From: an uncultured Candidatus Saccharibacteria bacterium | GTDB lineage: Bacteria; Patescibacteriota; Minisyncoccia; Phycocordibacterales; PALSA-1337 | DNA: 64,000 bases | Assembly (NCBI GenBank): GCA_964596595.1 | Contig: CAZQUI010000001.1 | Span: 15,817-79,816 of the forward strand | Direction: 5' to 3' | In this document: in pieces, positions 48,742 to 58,633 of the stretch | Layout of the letters: each line of letters starts with the position of its first letter | How positions within the stretch are numbered: the first letter of the stretch is position 1 | Made by a program: the position numbers and the translations under genes | Notes under the pieces: generated by a model | Seen by the model: the letters and a program-made list of their open reading frames with translations, nothing else | The model's database searches: none | What the model was told of the DNA's origin: nothing

Positions 48742-49779
48742 TTTCATCCAGGAATTTATTTGTTCAGAATTTATAGTATAAGCCCTAATAAAAGAATCAT
48801 CGACATGAGCGTACAAGATACCTTCTCCTTTTTTTGTTTCGACAAATTGACTAGCAAAAGTAACCGTTTTAGCCTCAGTATCTCGAATAAAAGGTTTAGG
48901 TGAAACCCAATCTATTTTTCCATTTTCATAATCATATATAAATAAGCCGACCGAAAACATTCCGTATGTTATATTCTCATCGAGAATTTTATTTGCTTCA
49001 CGACCATTAATAAAACCCAATAATTTACCTTCTCCAACATCAATAAAATTTTTAGACAGAAGTGGACCCGGTGAAGCATGGCCAGCAATCCAAGAAATAT
49101 TATGTTCTTTTGGATGAAAAATTATTTTTCCAAATTCCCATAAACTTCCCATATCGTGAGCAATAGCTGTTCTAATTACTGAATAATTAAAATCACTTTC
49201 TTTTTTTGATGATTCAACCAAATTAAATCTAAATCCCCTTTTGTTTACGGGTGCTATAGATAATTCTTTGGATCCACCGATGCTGTCAGCCCTAAGGACA
49301 GGATCAGTCATTTCTAAACTATATAGATCTTTACCTACAGCATGACCAAGATGAATCTTATTTTTAGAATGTTCAACTCGACTTATTAGCGGTAAAGTAA
49401 AATATAAATGTAACAATTTACTACTTTGATCAACCCAAATATCAGGATCTTCTAGACCAATAAAATCAAACTCAATATTTTCCAAATTATCAATTATTTT
49501 ATTGTCATCTTGAATATTTAATTTTTCTCCAATCTCAAAATTCTCTAAAGAATTACCCTTTATCAAATATAGTTCACTTCTATCGAGGTAACCATTAACA
49601 GAAATATCACCTTGGCGACTGGTAATACACCTGACAACCCCTTCCTTAAACTGAGTTGTCGGATCCAGAGCGACAGCCATCACATGACTAAAACGGGAGT
49701 TTGTAATAATAACTTTACCTTGGTGTTGAGTATAATAATTATTCACATTAATTACCGTAATTTTTATTAAGCAATTCAA
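48730..49779 (-). CDS. Putative beta-propeller glycosidase/phosphorylase (GH130/GH43-like); start uncertain
   Basis: GLEDP motif, VTF, LY...DD pattern. Confidence 0.5.
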   Translation of the reverse strand: MNCLIKITVINVNNYYTQHQGKVIITNSRFSHVMAVALDPTTQFKEGVVRCITSRQGDISVNGYLDRSELYLIKGNSLENFEIGEKLNIQDDNKIIDNLENIEFDFIGLEDPDIWVDQSSKLLHLYFTLPLISRVEHSKNKIHLGHAVGKDLYSLEMTDPVLRADSIGGSKELSIAPVNKRGFRFNLVESSKKESDFNYSVIRTAIAHDMGSLWEFGKIIFHPKEHNISWIAGHASPGPLLSKNFIDVGEGKLLGFINGREANKILDENITYGMFSVGLFIYDYENGKIDWVSPKPFIRDTEAKTVTFASQFVETKKGEGILYAHVDDSFIRAYTINSEQINSWMKLFV

Positions 49780-51019
49780 CGGTCTTCTTTCCTACTAACC
49801 CAGTTTCATCGACAATACCATGTTTATTTTGAAAAATATTCAGAGCCTTCTTGGTACAAGGTCCCAATAAACCACTGCGAGGGCAATCATTTTTTGTTTT
49901 ATCTTCAGGAGGATATACACCATCTAAAATAAGAGCCGTCTGTAAAGCAAAAACATCTGGACTTTCCATACTTTTTACAGTAATAGGATTTTTCCACTCA
50001 TAAGGTAAAGTGACGGTATCATAGTAACGAGTTAAATTTTTAGCATTTTCTGAATCGAAAAAATCCATCAACCCCATATAGGTCTGAAAAGCAAGATCTT
50101 TTACAGCCACCTTACGAATATCAGGGTTCACAAATTGGGTTTCGTATATATAACCATATTCAATAAGCATACTGGCGGCATCAAGAGTGTTGTACGAACC
50201 AACAGCAATTAATTCTTGATCTTCAACTATACCTTCACTTTCTGGAGGGTAATTACTAATCGGATTATATTTAGCTAATCTGTTAAAAATAGTATTTGCT
50301 AAAACTTGAGTAGTAACACTATTCTGATACTGATTTTCTGGAACATAAATAGAAAAACCAGAATATTCACCCGCTTGAGATCTTTGATTTCGAGGATAGT
50401 CATTTAAATGTAGATGAATAGCAATATCTACATCATTTTCTCCAGCCCATTTGTTGATTCCGTAAAGTCTCAGAGCAATTTCAGTAAGAGCAGTTACATG
50501 TTTTATCGTTGGAACTTCTACTTTATATTGCCCGACACGAACCATTTCTGCTGTTTCCTTTTTGTGAGCATCTTTCCAAGTGATTATGTCATCCCAATGT
50601 TTTTGAAAATATTCAGAAAATTCTGGTCTCCAATCGTTGGAATCTCTTGTTACAAAAACTTCAAAACGAGAATTATTTTTTAATAATTTTTCTAATTCCT
50701 CGGCCAAAGAAACCACGATTTCATGCTCCTTAGCCGATCCAAACTGAGTCCCACCAAAATTAGGCTCATGCCCCGGAACAAGCAAAATCCGAACCTTCTT
50801 TTTTTTAGATTCTGGTCTTTTTGCAATATATTTTGCCCTAATCTCTTCAACAGTTTTTGCTGGTCTAGACGATATAAGTGAAGCTGCTTGTTCAGTTAAA
50901 TGATCTGCGGTAATAAGTGTATTGATAAGTAAAGTGTGCGTTTGATTGGGATATTGCATAGCAATCCACGGTACACCAAAAAATAAAAGTGCTAATAAAG
51001 TAGCCAATAGATAACGCAT
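49748..51019 (-). CDS. N-acetylmuramoyl-L-alanine amidase (Amidase_3) with C-terminal peptidoglycan-binding domain
   Basis: LVPGH, E, TR, IHLHLN, LIEYGY; LQ..L...G..GPCT..A...FQ. Confidence 0.85.
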   Translation of the reverse strand: MRYLLATLLALLFFGVPWIAMQYPNQTHTLLINTLITADHLTEQAASLISSRPAKTVEEIRAKYIAKRPESKKKKVRILLVPGHEPNFGGTQFGSAKEHEIVVSLAEELEKLLKNNSRFEVFVTRDSNDWRPEFSEYFQKHWDDIITWKDAHKKETAEMVRVGQYKVEVPTIKHVTALTEIALRLYGINKWAGENDVDIAIHLHLNDYPRNQRSQAGEYSGFSIYVPENQYQNSVTTQVLANTIFNRLAKYNPISNYPPESEGIVEDQELIAVGSYNTLDAASMLIEYGYIYETQFVNPDIRKVAVKDLAFQTYMGLMDFFDSENAKNLTRYYDTVTLPYEWKNPITVKSMESPDVFALQTALILDGVYPPEDKTKNDCPRSGLLGPCTKKALNIFQNKHGIVDETGLVGKKTVELLNKNYGN

Positions 51020-51038
51020 ATGTAATATTATAACTCAT

Positions 51039-51953
51039 ATGCCCGAATTACCCGAAGTACAAACTACTGTAACTGGCCTAAAACAAACCGTAATAGGACT
51101 ATCTATTCTGGATGTATGGTCAAATTACAACAGCAAATATTTTAAAGGGTCAAAAACTATCAAAGATCCAAGCTATTTTGCTATCTTCAAAAAAACCATA
51201 ATTGGCAGAAAAATAATCGCCGTTGAAAGAAGAGCCAAAAATATACTAATTCGTTTAGATAACAATCACACCATCCTCATTCACATGAAAATGACTGGTC
51301 ACATACTTTATGGAAAATATAAATTTGATGCTTCAAATAAAAAAGATCCCTGGAGAGCAATTGAACCAGAGAGTCTCAAAGATCCTTTTAACCACCATAT
51401 TCGTTTTATGATTTCTTTTTCTAATGGAAAATTTCTTGCCCTTTCTGATGTACGTAAATTCGCCAAAGTAACAGTTCAAGAATCATCTACCCTGCACAAC
51501 TCTCATCACTTACATAACCTTGGACCAGAACCGCTGGAAAAAGAATTTACTTTTAAAAAGTTTAACGAACGAATTAACTTAAAATCGAATGGTAAAATAA
51601 AACAAGTTTTAATGGATCAATCTATCATTGCCGGCATCGGAAATATCTATGCCGATGAATCATTGTGGCGAACCGATATACATCCAGCCAAAATAGTAAA
51701 AAATATTTCACCAAAACAAAGAAAAGATCTTTATGATGCGATATTAAAAAATCTTGCTCGTGGTATAAACTTTGGCGGCGACTCAATGTCAGATTATAGA
51801 AATGTTCATGGTGAAAAAGGAAAATTTCAAGAACAACATAATGCTTATCGCAAAACTGGTACCAAGTGTCAAAAGAAAGGTTGCAAAGGTTCAATTGTTA
51901 AAATAGTTTTAGGAACCAGAAGTACACATTTTTGCAATGTGCACCAGGTTTAA
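51039..51953 (+). CDS. mutM: Formamidopyrimidine-DNA glycosylase
   Basis: MPELPEV, RRAK, HMKMTG, D.RKF, LGPEP, GIGNIYADE, zinc finger. Confidence 0.97.
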   Translation: MPELPEVQTTVTGLKQTVIGLSILDVWSNYNSKYFKGSKTIKDPSYFAIFKKTIIGRKIIAVERRAKNILIRLDNNHTILIHMKMTGHILYGKYKFDASNKKDPWRAIEPESLKDPFNHHIRFMISFSNGKFLALSDVRKFAKVTVQESSTLHNSHHLHNLGPEPLEKEFTFKKFNERINLKSNGKIKQVLMDQSIIAGIGNIYADESLWRTDIHPAKIVKNISPKQRKDLYDAILKNLARGINFGGDSMSDYRNVHGEKGKFQEQHNAYRKTGTKCQKKGCKGSIVKIVLGTRSTHFCNVHQV

Positions 51954-51981
51954 GAGAATCCTACGACAAACCATAAACCCA

Positions 51982-52464
51982 TCAGATGTCAAACAGTCTA
52001 TACAAAAATATTCCAGCAGCAACAGAAACATTTAAAGACTCTTTCTTTCCTTGAAGTGGTATTTCCGCAACCTCATCAGTTAAATTCAAAATTTCTTTTG
52101 AAACACCTTCGACTTCATTACCCAAAATTATGACAACCCTATTTGATGATTTAACTTTTTTATAATCAATAGAATCCCCTGTTTGCTCGAGAGCAATAAT
52201 TTTAAATTTTTCTTTTTTCAGATTTTTAATTAAAACTTTTGCATTTTCAAAATATTCCCAACTAATTATTTCTTCGCTACCCAAGGCTACTTTGGCAAAA
52301 TCTTTTCTTTTCTGACCAAATCTATCCAGTGGCACAGGAGTAGTACCAATACAATAGATACGCTTAATACCCAATGTTTCAGCTGTCCGAAATATAGAAC
52401 CAACGTTATGAACACTACGTATATTGTCCAAAACCAGGCGAATGTCTTGAATATTTGATATCAT
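51982..52464 (-). CDS. TrmH/SpoU family RNA methyltransferase
   Basis: LDNIRSVHNVGSIFRT, GNEVEG, ESLNVSVA. Confidence 0.93.
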   Translation of the reverse strand: MISNIQDIRLVLDNIRSVHNVGSIFRTAETLGIKRIYCIGTTPVPLDRFGQKRKDFAKVALGSEEIISWEYFENAKVLIKNLKKEKFKIIALEQTGDSIDYKKVKSSNRVVIILGNEVEGVSKEILNLTDEVAEIPLQGKKESLNVSVAAGIFLYRLFDI

Positions 52465-52499
52465 TAAGACTACATTAACCAACAATAAAAAATACTTCA

Positions 52500-52862
52500 A
52501 TGCTCTCTATATTTCCTTCACTATTAGCCTGGGAACAATTATCACCATTTATTATTCGAATTGCACTAGGAGCAGTTTTTTTATACTGGTCACATAAAGC
52601 AATAAAAAATAAAAAACTTTCATCAATAGAAAAAATTTTTGGCTACCTCGAAGGAGTAGCAGGAATATTACTCATAGTCGGTATCTGGACCCAAGCCGCT
52701 GCCCTTTTTGCTTGTATTAAACTTGCAGGTTGTCTCTTTGGCAAAATTCGCCACAGACAATTTCTCACCGATGGAGTTAATTATTACCTAATATTATTAG
52801 TAATGGCCATTTCATTACTTCTAACTGGCGCCGGATTCTTTGCTTTTGATATTCCATTGTAA
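52500..52862 (+). CDS. DoxX-like membrane protein
   Basis: RIALG..F, E...G.LL..G..TQ.AA, GAG.FA.D. Confidence 0.75.
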   Translation: MLSIFPSLLAWEQLSPFIIRIALGAVFLYWSHKAIKNKKLSSIEKIFGYLEGVAGILLIVGIWTQAAALFACIKLAGCLFGKIRHRQFLTDGVNYYLILLVMAISLLLTGAGFFAFDIPL

Positions 52863-53058
52863 ACTCTCGGTCCAGCCTTTCAGTTTAGATCTAATAGTTG
52901 ACTAAAGACGCAAAATACTAGTATATTGTGTGATGTTACCTGCAGCAAATAGGTATATGAGTACTTTTATTTTTGACGTTGCGCCCATATATTCATATGT
53001 GCGCTTCGTTCGGACCAAAACCAAATGAGCTTTGCTCATTTGGTCTGGATCCTCACTT

Positions 53059-53132
53059 GCGCCCATAGCTCAGCCCGGTAGAGCACCTCCCTTTTAAGGA
53101 GTGGGTCCTTGGTTCGAATCCAAGTGGGCGCA
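53059..53132 (+). tRNA. tRNA-Lys(TTT)
   Basis: GCGCCCA/TGGGCGC acceptor, CTCC-CTTTTAA-GGAG, GGTTCGAATCC. Confidence 0.93.
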
Positions 53133-53181
53133 CAATGATATAAATCATCATTATTTTTAATTATAGAAAAAGATTCAATAG

Positions 53182-53211
53182 AAAATCGCTTGAGCTGCTC
53201 AAGCGATTTTT
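53182..53211. terminator. Bidirectional terminator
   Basis: AAAATCGCTTGAGC TGCTCAAGCGATTTT. Confidence 0.7.
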
Positions 53212-53221
53212 GTAACCAAAA

Positions 53222-54100
53222 CTAATCAGCACAGTGCGCGACTTCAAAAGGACCAAAAGATACACAGTCTTCAACTTGATCAAAAAAAGAATACATTGCC
53301 TTGTTTAAAGACGCAACCTGTTTTCTACCCAACTCAATCTCAATAGCAAAATGATAGGAATTTCTACCACAATAAACAGAGTGGACTTGGGATACGTTGA
53401 GGTTTTCTCTTGCAAATGGACTCAGAGCATTAACCAATGCATATGGTGTATGTTTCAATTTGAAAATTACCAAAATGCGATTATTTCTTCCAATTGAAAC
53501 CTTATGCCATTCTGGTCCAATCAGAAAAAATGTTGTAAAAGCATCTTCATCTTCAAAAGAACTGTTAAGCACCTTCAATCCATATTTTTGTGCAGCAGAT
53601 TTGGGACCAAGAGCAGCACTGCGCGAATATTTATCTTCCAAGGAAACAAGTCTGGCCGCTTCACCATTACTTGGAACATTCAAGGTCCGAAAATGCCCTG
53701 TTAGAATCCTGTTCTTGCAGGCCTCCAAAGCTTTTGGGTGAGCAATTATTTCAGAGACTTGCTTTTCCTCAACATGAATCTGGGCCATGAGACAGAAACT
53801 AATTTTTAATTTAACAGCCCCAATAACACGAAAACCAAAATCCTTGGAACGACGTTGATCATTAAGAAGACAGATAAATGTTTCCAAGGATTCATTGAGT
53901 CTGCCACCCGCCAAGGTTTCCATGGCCAACGCACCAAACCCGCCATGTTCTTCAATTAGACGCAAAACTTCACTATTTGAACTTGCTGCCACATAATTGC
54001 CTTCAGTTACTGTCGGAGCTCGGTATTTTTTTGCCAAAATAGTATACGCATCATGAGAAAAAGTTGCCCCATAAGGACCAAGAAATACTATCTTATTCAT
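53222..54100 (-). CDS. Prephenate dehydratase-like protein (PDT + ACT)
   Basis: FLGP.GATFSH.A, HPKAL..C, S...AA, A..YGL..L....ED, H.P.AL..AL..FA...LN. Confidence 0.8.
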   Translation of the reverse strand: MNKIVFLGPYGATFSHDAYTILAKKYRAPTVTEGNYVAASSNSEVLRLIEEHGGFGALAMETLAGGRLNESLETFICLLNDQRRSKDFGFRVIGAVKLKISFCLMAQIHVEEKQVSEIIAHPKALEACKNRILTGHFRTLNVPSNGEAARLVSLEDKYSRSAALGPKSAAQKYGLKVLNSSFEDEDAFTTFFLIGPEWHKVSIGRNNRILVIFKLKHTPYALVNALSPFARENLNVSQVHSVYCGRNSYHFAIEIELGRKQVASLNKAMYSFFDQVEDCVSFGPFEVAHCAD

Positions 54101-54270
54101 TTGATTCCTTGTGCTTGATATTGTTTTCAAATCTCCCTGCATCCTACAATACAAAAAACTGAAGTCAAATTTTTATTTCCTTTTGAGATAAGAAGTCTAC
54201 TTACCCGAGACACACTTAAGTATTTATGCTATAAATGAATTAAAGATTGTTCGTTGAAAAAAGGAAACGT

Positions 54271-54525
54271 ATGCAACTACCACACGTCTCTGATGCACCC
54301 ACCGATCAACAGGGTATCAAGCGCCTCAAGGAAGAGATTCAGACTTTACAAAAAAACATCGAGGAAATCCTTAAACACTCCAATAAGCACGTGTTAATTA
54401 TTGGAAAAAACATTAGCTACTTCACATCTTATTCTGATGCTCTCGAAGAGGGTTACCGTCTTTGTGGTCTTGGAGATTTCATGGTCCAGGAAGTAAACGA
54501 TCTTACCAAAACCTATTGGTATTAA
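54271..54525 (+). CDS. Small hypothetical protein
   Basis: ORF with upstream AAGGA and downstream hairpin at about 54548-54583. Confidence 0.55.
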   Translation: MQLPHVSDAPTDQQGIKRLKEEIQTLQKNIEEILKHSNKHVLIIGKNISYFTSYSDALEEGYRLCGLGDFMVQEVNDLTKTYWY

Positions 54526-54590
54526 ATGAGTATCACCTCTTAATTCCAATCACCAAGCAACCTACGGTTGCTTGGTGATTTTTATATACT

Positions 54591-54880
54591 TCAAGTATTG
54601 TAAATAATTTTATACCTCCCCTTTTCTTTTCTAATAAATCCTTCTTTTTCGAGATCAGTGAGATTCTTCATGAGTTGACCGGATGGGTACGTAATAAACT
54701 CCTGAGAAAGGTTTTTTAAGGTTACAGATTTTTGCAAAAGAAATCGTAAAATTTTACCTCGCATTTCTCGATTGGATCCTTTGAAAGTTGTTTGTTTGGT
54801 ATGATGCTTACTTTTACGTGAAGGATTAGCAGTTGTCGCTTTAAGATATGAACCATAATCCATAAGAGTGTAATAAGTAT
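54591..54880 (-). pseudogene. C-terminal fragment of MutY-like A/G-specific adenine glycosylase
   Basis: LMDYGS.LK....NP.R.S.H..KQ..F.GS.R..RG.IL matches the MutY C-terminus; catalytic HhH N-terminal part is absent. Confidence 0.65.
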
Positions 54881-55615
54881 TTACTTCCCCACTCCCAACA
54901 TCAATCGCTCCAAGGATAACTCCAAATTGACCAGACCTCGATGTCCATCATGATAAAGAGTCATTAATTTTTCCAAAAATATATTGAGCTCTTGTTCTGA
55001 ATAATTCCCGGCGTATTTTTTGGATTTACTAAACACAAAGGGATTGAGCCCTGTTTCACTGGCACTTCCTCCTTTCTGAACTAAGATCATAGACTTCACC
55101 TGCCAGAAGAGGGTGCCGATAATATTTTCTGGTTCTAAACCTGTCTCAACCGCTTGTCGATATACCGTCCACGATTTAAAACTGTTTCGTTCACCTACCG
55201 CATCTCCCAGTAAAAAAATATTAAAGTCTGCTCTACGATTTTCTTTGTGAGCAGTTGATGGGACTTCACATTCCACCACCTTTTCTGCATAGGTATCAAA
55301 AGCTTTTTTGAGTTCAGTGAGTACTTTTCCTTCTAAGATAATAAAAATGTTGGGAGAATCTTTCATGAGTGGAACATAGTCCACTAATTCTTCCTTGGCC
55401 AGCCGATTTTCGGTAACCCGATCGAGAAATACAATATACTTATTGGAAAATAATCCCTGACCTCCAGCATGTTCTTCGATACTATTACCACTCCAACTAT
55501 CTCCATCAATTTTTACAAAAGTAGCATCTGGTCTTTTGTTACGTAAAGATGTCACGAGACTACTCGCTTTCTCTCGTGCTTTATCTGTATCTGTTCCATG
55601 GATGACGTATAACAT
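54881..55615 (-). CDS. holA: DNA polymerase III delta subunit-like protein
   Basis: MLY.I.G.D, GLF...IV, F.L.DA, G..PFV..K, D...G. Confidence 0.75.
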   Translation of the reverse strand: MLYVIHGTDTDKAREKASSLVTSLRNKRPDATFVKIDGDSWSGNSIEEHAGGQGLFSNKYIVFLDRVTENRLAKEELVDYVPLMKDSPNIFIILEGKVLTELKKAFDTYAEKVVECEVPSTAHKENRRADFNIFLLGDAVGERNSFKSWTVYRQAVETGLEPENIIGTLFWQVKSMILVQKGGSASETGLNPFVFSKSKKYAGNYSEQELNIFLEKLMTLYHDGHRGLVNLELSLERLMLGVGK

Positions 55616-55617
55616 AT

Positions 55618-58038
55618 TTATTTAAGATCTCCCCAATTATTACCGATAGCACTTTCTGCTTTAAGTATAATACCTTTTATTTTCTCTGGAAGTATTACGG
55701 ACTCCATAATCGCTACGATATCTTCGGCTATTTCTTTTGCTTTATCTTCCCTCACCTCATAAACCAACTCATCATGAACTTGAAGTAAAGGAAAAACATC
55801 ATTTTCCAATTTTTCTTTAACAATCCACTGATCGATCTTAATTAGTGCCAACTTAATAATATCAGCCTCTGTACCTTGAATAGGTGCATTAAAAGCCATA
55901 CGTTCAGCGGCCGCTCGAATATAAGGAATTTTAGAATCTAAACCTTGAAAATATCTTCTTCTTCCAAAATAAGTTTCTGTATATCCTTTTCGGGCCCCTT
56001 CGGCTTTAACCTGATCTATATATTTTGCCAAAGTAGAAAATGTTTGAAAATAATCATTCAAAAATCTCTGAGCTTCTTCTCTAGTAGTATCGAGATTTTG
56101 TCTCAGAGCAACAACGCCCATGCCATATAAAATACCAAAATTTATAACCTTAGCCTGACGACGCATATTGGAAGTTACATCTTCTGGAGCAACATGGAAC
56201 ATATAAGCTGCCACAGTAGTATGAACATCTTCACCATCACGGAAAATTTGGATTAATTTTTCATCACCCGAAAGAAAAGCTGCGATACGCAATTCTATCT
56301 GAGAATAATCTATAGAGACCAACTTAAATCCTTTTTCTGCCACAAAAGCGTATCTGATCGCCTTACCTAAATCAGATTTTATAGGAATATTTTGAAGATT
56401 TGGATTTTGCGAAGCCATACGACCAGTAGTAGAACCAGCCGAAATAAAATCTGTATGCAAACGATCGTTACTATCCAAAAGTGGTGGTATAGCGTCGATA
56501 TAAGTAGAAAGTAATTTTTGTAACTCTCGATGCTCAAATATCAAAGGAACAATTGGATGAAGATCTTTTAATTTTTCCAATTCTGATTCACGAGTCGAGC
56601 GAGCTCCTCCGCCGGTCTTTTTCATATTTTTCCCAACTAGACCCAATTTATCAAACAAAATTTCACCTAACTGTTTTGGTGAATTAATATTAAATTCTGA
56701 GCCTGCAAGTTCATGAATTTTCTTTTCTAAAATAGAAAGTTCCTTGTGATACTTTTTAGCTAAATTATTCAAAAAATCTTTGTCTATCTTTATGCCCCGT
56801 TTTTCCATTTTTGAAAGAATTGGTATAAGCGGCAATTCAATAGTTTCAAATATCTTTTTTACATCACGACGATCCATTTCTTCAAAAATTGCCTTTTTAG
56901 CAACTTCAAAATCATCAGTATTTGCAAAATTTAAAATATCTTCTAGTTTTGGATTTGTCACATCAGAATTTACTAACCACAAAGCCAGACCAACCTTCTC
57001 CAATTCTTCTTTTGAAACAGGACTGCCAAAAGACATACTAAGCGTGTTATTAACCGGCAAATCTGAATCTGTTTTTTTATCTTTAGTTTGATTGGTAATC
57101 ACAAGATTCTTTTTACCTGTTATGTAGTTATCCAATTTTTGACCCAAAGTCCGAAATTCCAATTCGTGCCAGAGAGCTTTAACTTTTTTAATATCCAAAC
57201 TTTCTTTAAAAGTTTTTTCAGGCAAAACAAAATCAATCGCCACATCACGACGAATCGTAGCTAAAGTCTTACTAAATTCTGCCTCTTCTTTATTATCTTT
57301 AAGTAACTGAACAATACGTGGAGTAATTCCAGCCTTGATGAACTTTTCTTCATGACCAGCTTCAAGTTCTTTGTACATATTTTCTATTGTTCCAAAAGTA
57401 GTGATTAGAATTGTCGCTGTTTTTTCTCCAATTCCTTTTATGCCCGGAATATTATCAGACGGATCTCCACGCAGACCTTTATAGTCCGGAATAAGTTCGG
57501 GACCAAAACCGTATCTTTCTATAACTGCTTTTTCATTATAAATAATAGTATCTTTTATACCCTTCTTTAAAGTATAAACTCGCACCTTATCATCTGATAT
57601 CAATTGCATCGTATCCATATCGCCCGATGCAATAATAATCTCTATGTCCTCATCTTTGATCTTTGATTTTTGATTTTTAATCTTCTCTACGATCGTCCCC
57701 AAAATATCGTCAGCTTCAAAACCTTCTTTATCGTATATTGGTATATCTAGCGCTTCATAAACTTTTCTAGAAGAAATAATTTGTTGCACCAAAGCATCAT
57801 CGGTTTTTTGACGACCCGCTTTGTATTCTTTAAAAACCTCATGTCTATATGTTGGCCCAGCCAAATCATAAGCAGCGACAACATAGTCTGGTTTAAGATC
57901 TTCAAAAATCTTTATAAGCATAGTAGATAAACCATATAAAGCTCCTGTTGGTTGACCTTTTGAGGTCGAAAAATCTGGCAAAGCGTGATAAGCGCGATGC
58001 AAAATAGCGTGTGAATCTAAAAGAATGAGTCTTTTCAT
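55618..58038 (-). CDS. polA: DNA polymerase I
   Basis: 5'-3' exo (RAYHA, EADD, GDPSDNIPG), TGR..S..PNLQNIP, DYSQIELR, K..NFG..YG, QVHDE. Confidence 0.97.
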   Translation of the reverse strand: MKRLILLDSHAILHRAYHALPDFSTSKGQPTGALYGLSTMLIKIFEDLKPDYVVAAYDLAGPTYRHEVFKEYKAGRQKTDDALVQQIISSRKVYEALDIPIYDKEGFEADDILGTIVEKIKNQKSKIKDEDIEIIIASGDMDTMQLISDDKVRVYTLKKGIKDTIIYNEKAVIERYGFGPELIPDYKGLRGDPSDNIPGIKGIGEKTATILITTFGTIENMYKELEAGHEEKFIKAGITPRIVQLLKDNKEEAEFSKTLATIRRDVAIDFVLPEKTFKESLDIKKVKALWHELEFRTLGQKLDNYITGKKNLVITNQTKDKKTDSDLPVNNTLSMSFGSPVSKEELEKVGLALWLVNSDVTNPKLEDILNFANTDDFEVAKKAIFEEMDRRDVKKIFETIELPLIPILSKMEKRGIKIDKDFLNNLAKKYHKELSILEKKIHELAGSEFNINSPKQLGEILFDKLGLVGKNMKKTGGGARSTRESELEKLKDLHPIVPLIFEHRELQKLLSTYIDAIPPLLDSNDRLHTDFISAGSTTGRMASQNPNLQNIPIKSDLGKAIRYAFVAEKGFKLVSIDYSQIELRIAAFLSGDEKLIQIFRDGEDVHTTVAAYMFHVAPEDVTSNMRRQAKVINFGILYGMGVVALRQNLDTTREEAQRFLNDYFQTFSTLAKYIDQVKAEGARKGYTETYFGRRRYFQGLDSKIPYIRAAAERMAFNAPIQGTEADIIKLALIKIDQWIVKEKLENDVFPLLQVHDELVYEVREDKAKEIAEDIVAIMESVILPEKIKGIILKAESAIGNNWGDLK

Positions 58039-58111
58039 AGCAACATTGTACCCTTATTTTTTGGTTTATCCAGCAAAATCCAATTAGACCAATTTATATA
58101 TAAAATAAAAA

Positions 58112-58555
58112 TTACTTAATTTCTATGTGATGAATTTTCTCGTTAGCCAAAAAACTCAAATGACACAACCCACCAAAATCCCTCAAAGAAACGTTTTCTG
58201 GCCACTCTATCAAAACCAAATTGTTACGATCAGCAATAATATTTTCCCAATCCAGAACTTCTAACTCTTCCCTTTTCTCCAATCTATAAGCATCTATATG
58301 AACCAATCTTTTCCAATTTGGATGTTTTATTGGATAAATTTTCATGATCACAAAAGTTGGACTGGTGATCTCTTCTGTAATTCCTAAACTTTTTCCTAAC
58401 ACTTTTACAAAAGCTGTTTTACCAGAACCTAAATGTCCAGAAAGACCGACCAGAGCAGCTTCGTCACTATCGGCATATTTAACAGCTAAATCCTTGAGCC
58501 AATTTAGAGCTATTTCTTTTGTCTCATCCAGAGAATGTGATGTATAGGATTTCAT
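58112..58555 (-). CDS. tsaE: t6A biosynthesis ATPase TsaE
   Basis: G.LGSGKT, SPTF, H.DAYRL, IEW. Confidence 0.95.
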   Translation of the reverse strand: MKSYTSHSLDETKEIALNWLKDLAVKYADSDEAALVGLSGHLGSGKTAFVKVLGKSLGITEEITSPTFVIMKIYPIKHPNWKRLVHIDAYRLEKREELEVLDWENIIADRNNLVLIEWPENVSLRDFGGLCHLSFLANEKIHHIEIK

Positions 58556-58633
58556 AAAATAAATATACCATATAAAAATCAGCCGCTTTTCCGAAGATAA
58601 GCGGCTGAGGTGAAAGGATTGCTCCTTTATTTT

